Of a stretch of 64,000 nucleotides of DNA, positions 11,701 to 24,100 are shown in pieces. The translations under genes and the position numbers were made by a program. The notes beneath the pieces were generated by a model, which had not been told where the DNA came from, made no database searches, and saw nothing but the letters and a program-made list of their open reading frames with translations. The stretch lies in NCBI GenBank assembly GCA_013239625.1, contig MU054338.1, forward strand, positions 1,552,001 through 1,616,000, in the 5' to 3' direction. How positions within the stretch are numbered: the first letter of the stretch is position 1; the number at the start of each line of letters is the position of its first letter. The stretch comes from Lama guanicoe (Eukaryota).

Positions 11701-14700
11701 CGCAGAACTGCACAGAATGGTCCAGAAAGCAGGCACACCGGCGCCTCTCACTGCCTTAAGTGCCTGCCGCTTAAGAGCTCCAAGGCGCTAGGGCAGACCG
11801 CTCACCCGCACAGCAGTAACTCCCAGGGACTGCGGGAGAGCCCACCTGCTAGGTTCTCCAGGTGGCACGCGCCTTCCCAGCATCACAGGGTCTTAGTGGT
11901 ATGTTTGTTAGGAACAGAAAAGCACTGGATGCCACCTGCCAGGAAGTTCACCTTGCTCGGGGCTACACACACCACCACGTCCCTGTCCGCAAGGGCTGGC
12001 AGACGGAGAGCCCTCGGGGAGGCACCTGCAGATGTGCAGGTGCCTGGGAAGCCTCCCTCAGAGCGGGGCCCTAAGAGAGAACCACCAGCCCAGGTGTTGC
12101 CGTCACGCCCTCCACACCACTGTGGTCGCTGTCCTGTTTAAATGTCTGCCCACCCAGCCATGCCCAGAATCAGACCAAGGGAAGTGACCGTCACCCGAAG
12201 TGTCTCGGGAGACTGTGGGACCAGCTGGGACAAGCCACGGCCCAGGGGCTGGGATGACACTGTGCCACTGGCGACCAGGCTCACTGGTCTAAGGAGCCTT
12301 GTGTTGTCTGCAGGCGTCCACCTTAAGCTCAGATCTTAAAAGGCGGAATGACTTGGGGCATCAGGCAGGCCTCGGCACTTCTGTCTGGGCGGAGGCTCAT
12401 GGAGACATTCGTCCTTCTGTTTAACTTAAACGCATTATCTGCTTCCCTGACAGTGAGCACCTATGACTCTGATACACAGAGAAAAGCGTGACTTCTCGGC
12501 CCAGACGAGCAGCCAACACACAGGACAGAAGGTGTCGGGGCGGGGGGTGTGGTGTCCAGAATCTGCGCTGGCTGGGGGCGGGCAGCGCTGACTCCGAATT
12601 CTCTTTATCTTCTCCAAGAAGCACAAGTCACTTTTAATAAAAAAAAAAAAAAAAAAAGGCTCTTTCCCAGTTACCAGAGCCCGCGTGTAGGCACGGACGG
12701 TGGCCCAGAGCTGGGTTTGCCGCAAAGTCTATGTGACCCCGTGGAGACCCTTTGAGAAGTCCTGCCTTGACCAAGAACTGGAGCTGGTCGGCGAGTGTGG
12801 GCTCAGGAACAAATGTGAGGTCTGCAGGGTCAAGTTTTCCCTGGCCAAGGTCCGCAAGGCTGCCCGGAGCTGCTGACACCGGGTGAGAAGGGCCCACGGC
12901 ATCTGAAGGTGACGCCCGACTGTGGCGAGTGTGCACCGGGGTGCTGGACGAGGGCAACGGGGAGCTGGATTACCCCTGGGCCTGAAGATCGAGGGTTTCT
13001 TGGAGAGACGCCTACAGACCCAGGTCTTCAAGCTGGGCTCGGCCAAGTCCACCCACCAGGCCCGCATGCTGATGCCCCAGCGCCCAACCAGGGTCTGCAA
13101 GCAGGCAGTGCACACCCCACCCTTCACTGTCCGCCTGGGCTCCCTGACGCACATCAGCTTCTTCCTGCGATCTCCAGATGGGGGCGGCCCAAGAAAGGCC
13201 AGGGTGGGACCAGGAGGAGGATTAAGCCTACCCACCCCTCGGCCAGTTTCCCAGTCAGATAAAACAAGATCAACTGTTTGTGAAATAATAAAGCAAACAA
13301 AGGAAAAAGTAATAAATTAGACTGGCGGGCACTGAAGTCCTCACGGTGGGGGCGGCTCTCAGGATCGGGGTCACCTGTCCTCAACGTGTGGTCAGGACGG
13401 ACCCCAAGGAGGATGCAGCGGCATGGCTTCGGGCTGGGGGAGACTGAGAATGCGAGGGCAGGCCAAGCTGCCCAGGAAGGGCCAGAGCCATTCGAGGCAA
13501 CTGGAATTCAGCCTCAAGGAGACACTGATTTGAGGTGGAAGCCACGAAGGCCTCAGACTTGGGGAAACTGTGTCTTGAGTTCAAACCTAACTCCGCTCCC
13601 GGAGATTTCTGGGCCAGGATATGCGTGGACTGACTCAGGATGGAACTCAGGCTGAGCTGGTCAGCAGACGGGCTCGTGGGGAAAACAGCCGAGTGACAGC
13701 AGTGACCGCGGCAGAGCTATGGTCAGTTCCAGAACCAGCAGGAGGCCAGGTGCAGGGTCAACCCTACAGGGTACGGGCTGCGGCGAGTCCTCCGAGCACG
13801 AGGCCCCGCTCGGAGCATGTGAGCGGGTGTCCCCGCGGGAGAGAGGCTGTCCATGTGCAGAGTGCAGGGAGGCCTCCCTGGGCCAGCACGAGAGTCCCCA
13901 CGGGGGACGAGCCCTGTGAGTGCCAGGATGGCGGGAGGGCCTGTGACCTGAATCTCGCCCCAGGCTGACAACCGTGGGGAGGGCCGGACCCCTGCGGCGT
14001 GTGTGAAGTCCTCCCGGCGTGCCTCCTCCTGCCTCTGAGCACTCACCGGGGAGACGCCCTCAACAGAGGCTGATCGAGTGGACGCCAGCCCCAGTGAAGC
14101 CTGAGTGGACAGAGCCCTGCACCCCAGCTGAGAGGGCTCCTCGGAGTGACAGGCCCTCCGAGGCGGGCAGTGTGGGCCGTGCTGCGCTGAGCTGAGGCCG
14201 GAGCCACCCCTCCGCCGGCATCAGCTCGTGTGCTCCAGCCAGAACCCTGGGGGCGGAACAAAGGCCAGACAGCCTACCAGCCGGGAACTTCCCCGGTCAA
14301 CATCCACAAAATCACACAAGAGAAAAACCCAGTGCATGTTTTTAGGGTGGAAGAGCCTTCGGTGGGCACGTCCGTGTTATCTGAATCAGAGAATCCATGC
14401 AGAGGAGAAACTCTGCCGGTGACTTCTGAACCATAGGTACAAAGTATGCTAAGTCCACGCGGTGGGCTTTTGGAAGGGGGGCTGGGGGCAGAGTGCCCTC
14501 TGGTTTCCTGAGGAAACGATGCTTCCCGAACATCTGAGACCACTGGTTCTCCACCTGTCAGGCCCAGTGCCCCCAACCACAGGTGTTTTGCACTGCTCCC
14601 TCTGCTGCCCCGAAACGAATTCACAGGTAATATAACCTGCGCATGTGTGTAATGTCAAAAAACCCACACATGACCCCGTTTTATGAAGGCTAATGACAAC

Positions 14701-17700
14701 AAAAGTAATTTACGATTTTTAAAAAAGGTAATAAATTAATGGGATATTCAGTCTACCTGGCCGTTTTACAAACACACAGCCTGCTTTTGCTGCTCCATCC
14801 CAGACCAGGTGACTGTACTGTGTGGGTCTGTCTCTGGCTCTCGGTTCTGTTCCACGGAGGAACCGAAAACAAACATCATCAGGTGACAGAAGGCTGGCTG
14901 ACACAGCCACACAGGTGATTCCAACTCTAGGACGTTCCGGCAAGGGCGGAGCTACGGGGACTGTAAGAGGATCCTTGGCTTCTGGGGGTTGGCGGGGAGG
15001 GACGAGTCAGGGGAGCACAGGGGATTTTTAGGGAGGGAAGGTCCTCTGTGTGACCCTGTGACAGGGCAGACGCATCCGTAAACATGTGTCTAAACCCAGA
15101 GAAGGCAGGACACCAAGAGAGTGCGCTCCCCCGTCAGCTAGACTTCGTTCAGCAAGAGCGTGTGAGCACGCGGCCGTGCCAACTGTAACAGCACGGCGAC
15201 GCCAGAGGCCCCTTGTCGGGGCCCCAGAGGGGATTTGGGGATCTCTGGACTTGCCACTCATTTTCCTGTAAACTGCTCATTTTCCCTAAAACTACTCAAA
15301 GACAAACAAACAAACACCTCCATTACTTAGAATAATTAAAAAGTCTATCAATTATATTAAAAAGAAAACAAAAAAAAAAAGGGAAAAGAATCTGGCGAAC
15401 AGGAAGGCGGCGGTCAGAAGCTGCTGGGCCCAGGAGCGGGGACGCGGGGGCCAGGGGCCAGGCCTCGGGCCAGTCACCGCCAAGCCGAGGGACCAGGGAC
15501 CAGCCCGCAGGCCTCGTGCTCAATCCCCCGTAAACAGAGGTGGTGCCGGGGGGCCCCGCGGGGCGGCTGTGAGGACGGTGGGGATCTGCTTCCACTCGGG
15601 GTCCTCGACCTGAACACCTGCGGTGCTTGACCCACTGTGTTCCTTCTGCTGCCATCACTGCCAGCACCACCTCGCCCTCCAAACTCCCCAGGCCTTTCAC
15701 TCACGGGCCGGCAGGGGGCCGCGACGTTGAGGGTCGCGGGCGCCCCCAGCTGCCCCGGGCTGGTGCCCCGAGCGGGGCTCGGCGGCGTGGGACGCCCCCC
15801 TGGCAGGAGGAGAGGCGACTACCCACAGAGCCCGTCCCGGGCGGCTGCTGGGCTTTACGTCCCCCTGCGGCCCCGTGACGGGGGGCGGCCAGGGGGGCGG
15901 CTGGAGGCCAGGCCGGAGGCCACCCCCGCCTACCCAGCCTGCTCCCAGGAGGGCCGCCCGAGCGAGGGTGCCGCTCAGACAGGACTCCCACCACCCAGAG
16001 GGTGACAGCCCCTCCCCAGGCCCCGGGACATTAGCTGCACCCACCTCTTGTTGGCCTCTTCCAGGTCTGCTCTTAGCTTCCCGATTTCGATCTGCAGCCG
16101 GGCGCGGTCCCGGGCTGTCTCGTCCAGCACCCGGCGGGCATCGGCCAGCTCTGACTCATACAGCGTCTTGATGCCGCTCACCTGAGGGGACAGCAGGCAG
16201 GGTGAAGGCCCCTCCCACGACAGCAGACACAGCCCCCCTCACCCTGACACTCCCCCACCAGCCTGGCCCTGCCAATGCCAGGGCCACCCCAGCCTGCCCG
16301 GCTGGCCCCACCACTTGCCCCACCTGCTGGGCACACAGCTCAGATCCCTGTCCGCCTCCCCGCCCCACATCAAGGGGCACAGGGCCAAGCGTGTGTATAC
16401 AGATAGCCAGGACCCACAGGACAGTGAGACACCACCTCGCCCCACAAGACAGCTACAGTCAAGATGTCGGTCAGTGAGGACACAGAGAAATGGGAACCTC
16501 CATGCAGGGGATTAAAACGGTGCAGGCACCACTGAAGACAGGCTGGCGCTTCCCCGGATGCTAAACAGAGCAACCACTCCTGGGCATCTACCCAGGAAAC
16601 ATAACACGCGTCTACACGAAACCTGTGCGCACGCGTCCACAGCTGCATCACTCTTAACAGCCCCGAAGTGGAAACAACCTAAGTGCCCATCAACGGATGA
16701 TGGACAAACAGAGCACGGCCCCTCCGCACACAGGACATCACTCAGCTGCATGAACAGGACACTAACACGCGCTCCCACGTGGACGGGCCCTGAGAGCACG
16801 GTGCTCAGTGAGAGAAGCAGACACAGGACACTCAGTGTGAGTCCACGGATGTGAGACGTTCAGAACAGGCCAGTCCCCAGACACAGGGAGGGGGTCCTGG
16901 CTGTCAGGGGCTGGGGAGGAGGAAGGGAGGTGACCCTTAATGGGGATGGGGTTTCTTTCTTTTTTTTTAAGTGTGATTCTGTTTCCCTTGTTTTGAGATA
17001 TAGTTGGTGTACAGTAACATTATGTAAGTTTCAGACGTACAGCACAGTGATCCAGTGTTTAAAGGTTATACTCCGTTTACAGTCACTGTAAGACACGGGC
17101 CCTTCCTGAGCTGTACAGCACATCCTCGTAGCTTACTTACTTTATACACAATAGTTTGTACCCCTTAATCTCCTACGCCTATCTTGCCCCTCCCTGAGGC
17201 GGGGATTTTTTGGGGTGATGAAAATGTTCTAGAATTAGCAGTGATGGTTGCACAGCTCTGAATATATTGAAAACCACTGAACTGCAGAGTTTAATCGGAG
17301 GAACTAAACGAGATGGGAATTACACCTCAAGAAAGCTGGCAGAGAAGGCAGACAGGATGACAGTGGCTTGGAAGGTGGCACCACTTCCTGGGAAGCTACA
17401 GGACAGCAGTGCGGGCTGGAGGTCAGCTCAGATGCGGGAGAGTCACTCTCTGCTTTCACGGGAAAGGCCCTGAGCTGAGGGCCTCAGAGGCGCTGCCAAA
17501 GCCCCTCATCACTTGGGGTCTGCCTGGGACCAAGGGGATTCCTGGATGTGGGGCTTCTCAGGGTCAAAACTGTACTGGGCAGGTCAGGACACATCCGGGA
17601 AGAGGTGGGATTTAGCAGCTGGTCTGAGACTCCCACCCCCTTGGGCCTGGGACTGGGTATCCCACTTCCATCCAGCAGCTCCGGGTCATTTCATCCCACA

Positions 17701-20700
17701 GGTGGAGAGGGGGTTCGTGTCTTGGCCCATTTCACAGATAGGGAAACTGAGGCACAGGACAGCACACTGCCCTCTCCTGACCCATCAGGGTTCAGGGTAG
17801 ACCAGTCTGCTGGGGGAAGCACGGTGGGGAGGGACAAGCCTCTCCCTCCTGCACCCTGTCCACCCCCTACACACACACCCACACTCTGGAATAAACCCAC
17901 GGTCACCAAAAGCAGCCAGCTCCACCATCCAAAGACAGTTGGGGTCACATGTGTGTCTGCCCTCTCTCCCACCACCTCACCTGCCAGAACTTTCCTAGGC
18001 ACAAGGGAGGGCCTAGCACCTGGGAGGGGTCTCAGGCAAGGCCTCCAGCGTGGATGCCCCACACCCTCAGAAGCGAGGGCGAGATAAGGGAGGCCTCAGA
18101 GCCCGGGCCCTGGGAGAGCCAGCAGGTGACCTGCGTGTACCCGCCACCCGCCCACCGTGGACCCCAGCACCAACTGTGATTTCACAAATATTCCAAGATG
18201 CCGCACCTGCCCTGCCCTGGCCAGGCCATGAGAGAACACCTGATGAACCCCAGTGGGGGCGCGCATCCCAACACTCCTGTCTGAACCAGCACGTGGGGAA
18301 ACTGTCCCAGCCCGGAGGGGCCCGGGAGGCGGGAGCCTGTATGTCACGCGCACCTGAGGGGATCAGAACGAAGCTAAGGGTGATGCGGCGACACGTGCTG
18401 GTGACCTGTGAGAACCACCGATGTGAGATGTTAGTGGGGGCCCTGCATGCCCCCACCACCTGTCTAGACGTCCATACGTGGCCTAGGAAGCAAGGCGAGT
18501 AATGAGAAACACGTCGCATGCTCCTGTCTGGGACCAAGCTCATGGGCACCTCGCTAGACTCTGCCTGGGGCAAGGCCCCGCATTCCTGGCCATCTGGAGG
18601 ACTCTTAGGGTCGTGTTGAAGTGCACGCAGGCCTCGGGGACCCAGTGGGTTCCTGTCCGGACCCCCGCAATAAAGCCAGTATTGTAACAAAGGACATCCT
18701 TGAGGCAGGGCCACCACCAACCTGCAAGCGCAAAGACCGCAGGCCCAGGGGGCCCAGCGGCACAAGGTGTGCCCGGACTGCGTCCTTCCCACTGGGCCTC
18801 GGGCGCGCGCACACATCTGCTTGTCTAACTTAGGCACCACCCACACCCAGGTCTAACCCCAGCCCACCGCCTGCTTCTGTGCAGCCTGCAAGGCCAGAAT
18901 GGTTCTCACACTTTTAAGCGGCTGAGTGCAAAAAAAGAAAGATACTTTGTGACACAGTCAGCCACCTGAAACTCCCATCTCAGTGTGTAAATAAAGCTTT
19001 ACTGAGCACCCCGCTGCTCACAGCAGCACAACACACAACAGCTAAGACACGGAAACAGCCTAAATGTCCGGCGACAGATGACAGGGTGAAGAAGCCATAA
19101 AAAGCCATAAACATGAAAACCGTGCCGTCTGCAGCGACACGGAACTGGAGATCATCCTCCCAAGTGAAGTAAGTCAGAAAGAGAAAGAAACATATTATCT
19201 ACTACTCACATGCGGAATCCAAAAGAAAAAAAAGAGGACACTATGAACTCATCTACAAAACAGAAACAGACTCGCAGACGGTAAACGATCGGATGGTTAC
19301 GGGGGACGGGGTGGGAAGGGATAAATTTGGGAGCCTGAGATTTGCAAATGTTAGCCACTATATATAAAAACAGATTTAAAAATAACAACTCTTCTGTACA
19401 GCACAGGGAATTACATTCAGTGTCTTATAATAACCTTTAACGCAAGTGAACATGGAAACAAATACACGCATGTATATGCGTGACTGGGACAGTGTGCTGT
19501 GCCCCAGAAATGGGCACACTGTAACCGACTGCACTTCAATTAAAAAAAACCTCTATTGGCACACAACCTGGCGCGCTCCTGCCCACGTGGCCGGGGCAGC
19601 CTCCCCGCCGCAGCGCCGACGTGAGGCTGAGATCCCTACAGAGCCAAGCGCCACCTTCCAGGCGGCTCAAGCAGGACGGCAGACTTGCCACAAAGACTCT
19701 CTGAGCCCAATGAACAGGTGTCCTCCGGGCAGGCGCTGCCCTGCACTTGTGGCCCTGGGGATGGTCCTGTGGGAGCCTCAGGCACAGCCTGGGCCTTTAG
19801 TTTCGTCTTTTATGACACTGCGCAAGCGCCGAGCTTGAGGAATCCCAACAGATGTGTTAGTGCAGCTGGCAGGTGGTGGGGTGGGTCACATAACCCGAGG
19901 TGGCCTTTTCCCGGGGTCCCAAACTTGCCCTCTGAGGACCTGCCTGCGTCCCTTGGGGGGGGGGGAACTGCCTAAACACTGCTCCCCCCTGAAACTCCCA
20001 GAGCCCAGCTCCTGCTCCTGGGCCCACCCCCAGGGGCAGTAGGACACAGGGCAGTAAACGGAAAGAAAGTGAAGCTGGAGGAACTCAGCACCTGGCTGGC
20101 AGGCTCCCGGGAGAGCCTCCTCCCTCCAGGTCCAGTCCTGCCCCCACCCCAGCACCCACAATCCTCAAACAGAAAGCTGGCCAGCCCCAGCCTTCCAGAA
20201 ACCCTCCAGGGATATCTGCACATGGCTACTCACCCCAGTCAAGCCACCCGGCCAAAAGACAGACCATCTGACGTCCGAGGGGAATGGCTGCAGCCTAAAC
20301 GGGTCTGTGGACGGGAGCGTCACCTTACACACTGGGACCGCAGGACAGGTCACAAGCACACAGTGCGCTCACAGCATTTTAAATGGCGCCACCAAGAGGT
20401 TCCTTAAGTGGCTCCTCAGCCTTGACTCTAGTGGCATTTGGGGCTGGACCATCCTCTGTGGGGGCGTCCTGGGCACTGGGGGGTGTGAAGCAGCACCCCT
20501 ACCCCCACCCACTCGATGCCAGGAGCCCCCCTGTGTGACAACCACAGATGTCCCCTGGGGGCAGATTCCTCCAGGGTCAGAAGCTGCTGTACTGGCCAAG
20601 TCCAGGCCCTCTGTGCGCCCCGCCCCACTCACTGCCCTGAACCCTGCCTGGCCGCCTGTCTGTAGCCCACGGCCATCTCCAGGTCACTCGTGCCACACAG

Positions 20701-23208
20701 CCCACGTGACCACCCTTCCTCATGGCTCCAGGTTCCCTCCCTCCAGTAGGTGAACAGCTCCCAACACTGACCAGCCAAGAGGGGCATCTGTCACCACTCC
20801 CACAAGCTCCAGGAGAGCAAGCTGGCCGGAACTCCCTACTCCCGCTGTGGGTATACCTGTCACCCTGGGTGCCCCTGGATCCTGTGCACAGCCCTTGGGC
20901 TCACAGTGGGGAGGGTTTCCCCCACTCCCACCCCCAGGCCCGCATGCCAACCACCCTCCGCCGCTGCCTGGACACTGCGGCCAGATCAAGTTCCCCAGCA
21001 TGTGCTCTCAGGCACAACACCCATCCAGCGAGGCCGGCGCCCCACGTCCACCAGGCCCACCATGCCCAGCACCAGGCCCAAAAGTCAGTGCTGTGGTTTG
21101 CCTCACTTGCAGATAGGACAAGAGGCCAGGGGGGAATGACCACGGGTGCTCGCCAGCCTGGCAGACAGGAACTGGGCCCGAATCCTGGGGACGTGCATGC
21201 ACTGTGGAGGCAGGTGGCCAGGCTCGGGTCAGGCTGCTCCAGCCCCATTGTACAGATGACAAAACAAGTCCCAATGGTGGGTGTTATCACTATCTCCACT
21301 TTACAGAAGAGGCACTGAGACCGAGAGGTTAAGTGATTTGCCCAAGGTCACACAGAGGGCAAGTGGCTCCCAGACCCCCCCAAACCCGCCTCAGCCACCA
21401 CTGCTGCCTTCCTCCCTGAAGTCGGTCACTTGGCCCATTCTTTGGGAAGCCGCGGCTCTGGCTCAGAGCGGTTAAGTACCAGCTCTTCCCACAAGGCCCA
21501 TGGGGGAACTACTTGGTGGTCACACCTCCCCCTTAATCGGAGGACCTGTCCTTGGGTTGGGTGGGCCTCAGGGAGGGCATTAGGATGGGAACCGGTCAGA
21601 CAGACCCCAACCAGGACCCCCAGACACCTGCCCTCACACCCTCTTAGGGGGCAGGGCTTATCCAGCCCCTTCTCCCTCAGTCTGCATCAAAACTTCCTGC
21701 TGGTTCCCCTAGACCTCCTGTCTCTCCCTCCTCCCACTAGGGGAGGAGGGCAAAGGGGCTACCAGGCTACTAGGCTCTGCTCCATCAGCCAAGGGGGTCC
21801 CAGAGCCCAACTGAGGGCCTCCTGTATTTCCCGTGGGACCCGGGATAGATCAGATTCCAACCCTTGGATACCCACGCACCCGAAGCCCTGGTAAAAGACT
21901 GAGCCTACTGCCCAGCCCCACTCCAGATCCCGAACGCCCAGGATTCGTCACGTGACCCCCCGCAAAGTTCCAAGGAGAACTGAGCCACCTGATTCACCTG
22001 AGACCCTCCTGAGACCCTCTACCCCTCCTCAGGGCCCCCTCAGAAGGCCTGAGCCTCCCAGTCTCCCCAGAAACCCAAGAACCTACCCTCAGTTTTTTGA
22101 GGGCTCCCAACCACCCAAACACATCCCCCAGAGACACCCCAAACCTCCCTTAGGGGTAGGGCCTAGCCTGGCTCACACCCCATCACTCAGGGGTCCCCTA
22201 GAGCTCCTCGGATTCCTCGGTGGGGGGGGCATGCCGCATCTCCAACACGCGCACGGGGTGGGGGCTCCCGGTATCCCCTGGGGATCCCTCAGAAAACAGG
22301 GCCTGCCCTGTGAGCACTCCTCACTCAGGGCGCCCCACCCCCCAATTCCCTGGGTCCACCTCAGGTAACTCGTCAGCCCTAGACTGCACTCCTCACTCTT
22401 AAGATACGTGAAGCACCTCGGGACCCTCGGTGGGCAGGGATCCGCCCCCGTATGCACCCCTCACTCAGAGGACCCCCCAGGTCGCCCGGGATCCCTCGGT
22501 GGGCGGGGACGGTGTCTGTCTCCACCTCTCGCACGCGAGGTGAAGCAAAAGGGACAGAACCCCCTGGGGAAACCTCGTGCGCGCCCGTCCCCGCCTCCAC
22601 CCCTCACTCAGGGCCCCCTGAGCCCCACAGAGGCAGGGGCTCGCCCCAGCATACACCCCTCCCTCGAGGAACCCCCCGAGATCTCCCGGACCCGTCGGTG
22701 GGCGGGGCCGGCCCCAGGTTCCACTTCTCGCACGGGAGGGGTCCCCCAAACCCTCCGGGGACCCTCAGAGACGGGCCCAACCAAGCGCGCGACCCTCGCC
22801 CGGGGCCCCCGAAACCCCTGGGGACCCCTCGGTGGGCAGGGCCCGGAGCAGTTGGCACCTGTCGCCCGGGGGGCCCCTCTGGGGCCGGCCCGGCCCAGCG
22901 CGCACCCCCGCCCGGCCCGCGGGCCCCCGGGCGCCCGCGCCCACCTCGCGCGTGGTCACCTCCTCCCGCTCGGAGATCTTGAGCAGCAGCCGGTCGTTCT
23001 CCAGCTCGAGCGCGCGGACGCGGTCGATGTAGTGCGCCAGGCGGTCATTGAGCTCGCGCAGCTCCTCCTTCTCCTGCAGCCGCGACAGGCGCGTGGGCGA
23101 CAGCGGCGTGGCGGGCCCGCCCGCGCGGCCGGGCGGCGGCGTGGCCGGGGCGGCGGCGGCTCGCGGTCCGCGCGGCTCGGAACGGCGGCCGCGGCTCGGC
23201 GGGCTCAT
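5765..23208 (-). CDS. LMNB2: Lamin B2, 621 aa; coding exons 22945-23208, 16045-16181, 10450-10606, 10185-10310, 8228-8398, 7970-8095, 7534-7754, 7178-7457, 6994-7101, 6395-6514, 6138-6251, 5765-5806
   Basis: All 12 exons join in frame (1866 nt) with GT-AG sites. Head [21 protein letters not shown], rod end [25 protein letters not shown], Ig-fold tail, and C-terminal CaaX GCRVM*. Confidence 0.98.
8500..9090 (+). mobile_element. Old L1 (L1MB-like) 3' fragments in LMNB2 intron 4
   Basis: L1M 3'UTR hallmarks: GGCTGTCAGGGGCTGGGGAGG, TTCTGGAATTAG, GGCTGCACAACACTGTAAATGT. Confidence 0.7.
9870..10150 (+). mobile_element. MLT1 (MaLR) LTR fragment, ending ~35 nt from the LMNB2 exon 4 donor
   Basis: GGAAAAAGGGACTTTGCA..GATTAAGTTAAGG..CCTGGATTATCCA..CCTAAATCCAATGACAGGTGTCC motifs. 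Confidence 0.75.
12660..13310 (+). pseudogene. RPS9: Processed pseudogene of 40S ribosomal protein S9 (uS4), antisense within LMNB2 intron 2
   Basis: Intronless. Starts with the 5'TOP CTCTTTC. Broken frames read [50 protein letters not shown], then [25 protein letters not shown], then KKGQGG..EED* (TAA at 13223-13225), followed by an A-rich tail. The ATG is lost and there are frameshifts. Confidence 0.95.
13400..14440 (+). pseudogene. Highly decayed tandem C2H2 (Kruppel-type) zinc-finger gene relic
   Basis: Degenerate finger and linker traces in several frames: [60 protein letters not shown] (from 14298), [10 protein letters not shown]. Confidence 0.7.
14850..15385 (+). mobile_element. Old L1 (L1MC-like) 3' end with A-rich tail
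   Basis: GTGATTCCAACTCTAGGACGTTCCGG..GAGCACAGGGGATTTTTAGGG..CCTAAAACTACTC..AAAAAGTCTAT. Confidence 0.65.
16470..17340 (+). mobile_element. L1MB-like 3' fragment interrupted by a younger minus-strand L1 3' end (~16960-17195)
   Basis: GAAGTGGAAACAACCTAAGTGCCCATCAACGGATGA...; the T-rich insert is followed by resumption at GGGGTGATGAAAATGTTCTAGAATTAG. Confidence 0.7.
18840..19700 (+). mobile_element. MER58-like hAT element split by a younger L1 3' end (~19030-19550)
   Basis: MER58-like AGAATGGTTCTCACACTTTTAA..TAAATAAAGCTTTACTG. The insert has CCTAAATGTCCGGCGACAGATGA...TGCACTTCAATTAAAAAAAA. Confidence 0.65.
20405..20592 (+). mobile_element. MER20 hAT-Charlie DNA transposon fossil
   Basis: GGCATTTGGGGCTGGACCATCCTCTGTGGGGGCGTCCTGGGCACTG..CCCACTCGATGCCAG..GTGACAACCACAGATGTC. 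Confidence 0.8.
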
Positions 23209-23420
23209 TCAATCCGCGCCGCCGACCAAAATGGCGCCCGCCGCCCGCCGCCGCCGCCGCCGCGGGGCAGCCTGGGACTTGTAGTCCGGCCGGCGCCGCG
23301 CGCGGCACGCCGGAAGCTGTAGTTTCCCGCTCAGCTTCCCGCGCTCGTCCTTCGCTCTTCAGGCGAGGGACCGGAGCCAAACCGCCGGGCTTTAAAATTA
23401 CAGCTCCGCCTCTGTGTGAC
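22400..23420 (-). promoter_or_regulatory. LMNB2 CpG island and promoter
   Basis: YY1 site CGCCATTTT (23228-23236), ACTACAAGTCCCA ZNF143/THAP11-type motif (23273-23285), E2F-type TTTCCCGC and TTCCCGCG (~23323-23343). Confidence 0.8.
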
Positions 23421-23498
23421 ACCAGGTTCCTTTCCGGGCCTCAGTTTCCCCACTTGTATAAAGTACTTACCTCTTTGGAACCTCGTTAAAATTAAAGG

Positions 23499-23623
23499 GA
23501 GAGGGCGAGTATAGCTCAGGGGTAGAGCACGTGCTTAGCACAAGGTCCTCGGTTCGATCCCCAGTAACTCAATTTAAAAAGTAATAATAATAAGTAAATA
23601 AGCCTAATTACCCGCCTCCCCCC
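23499..23623 (+). mobile_element. tRNA-derived SINE (camelid Vic-1-like) with target-site duplication AAATTAAAGG
   Basis: A box TAGCTCAGGGG, B box GGTTCGATCCC, tail AATAAGCCTAATTACC; TSD at 23489-23498 and 23624-23633. Confidence 0.85.
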
Positions 23624-23659
23624 AAATTAAAGGTGATGAAGGAATCTCAGAAATATGTT

Positions 23660-24100
23660 TGGTGATCGCACTGGTATGTGGAATCTAAAAAAACCTCACA
23701 AATATCCCAAGCTCACATATACAGAGAACAGACTGGTGGTTGGAAGGTGGGAGGCCGTGAAGTAGGTGAAGCGGATCAAAAGGTACACATTTCCAGTTAC
23801 GAAGTAAATGTCACAGAGATGTAACGGGCAGCATGGTGACTATAGTCAGTAATCCTGTATTGCACGTTTCAAAGTTGCTTAAAGAGTAAATCTTAAAAAT
23901 TCTCATCATTCCCTGACCCCACTAAAGTCCTAAAAATACACAAAACTTCTCATCACAAGAAAAACAATTCTGTAACTATGTATGGTGAGGAATATTACCT
24001 AGACTTATGGTAGTGATCGTTCCTGATAGATACAAATATCGACTCATTAGGTTGTACACCTGAAACTAATATAATATTATGTCAATTATACCCCAAGTTT
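23660..24100 (+). mobile_element. L1MA-like 3' end
   Basis: ATGTGGAATCTAAAA..ACAGAGAACAGACTGGTGGTT..GTTGTACACCTGAAACTAATATAAT. Confidence 0.75.
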
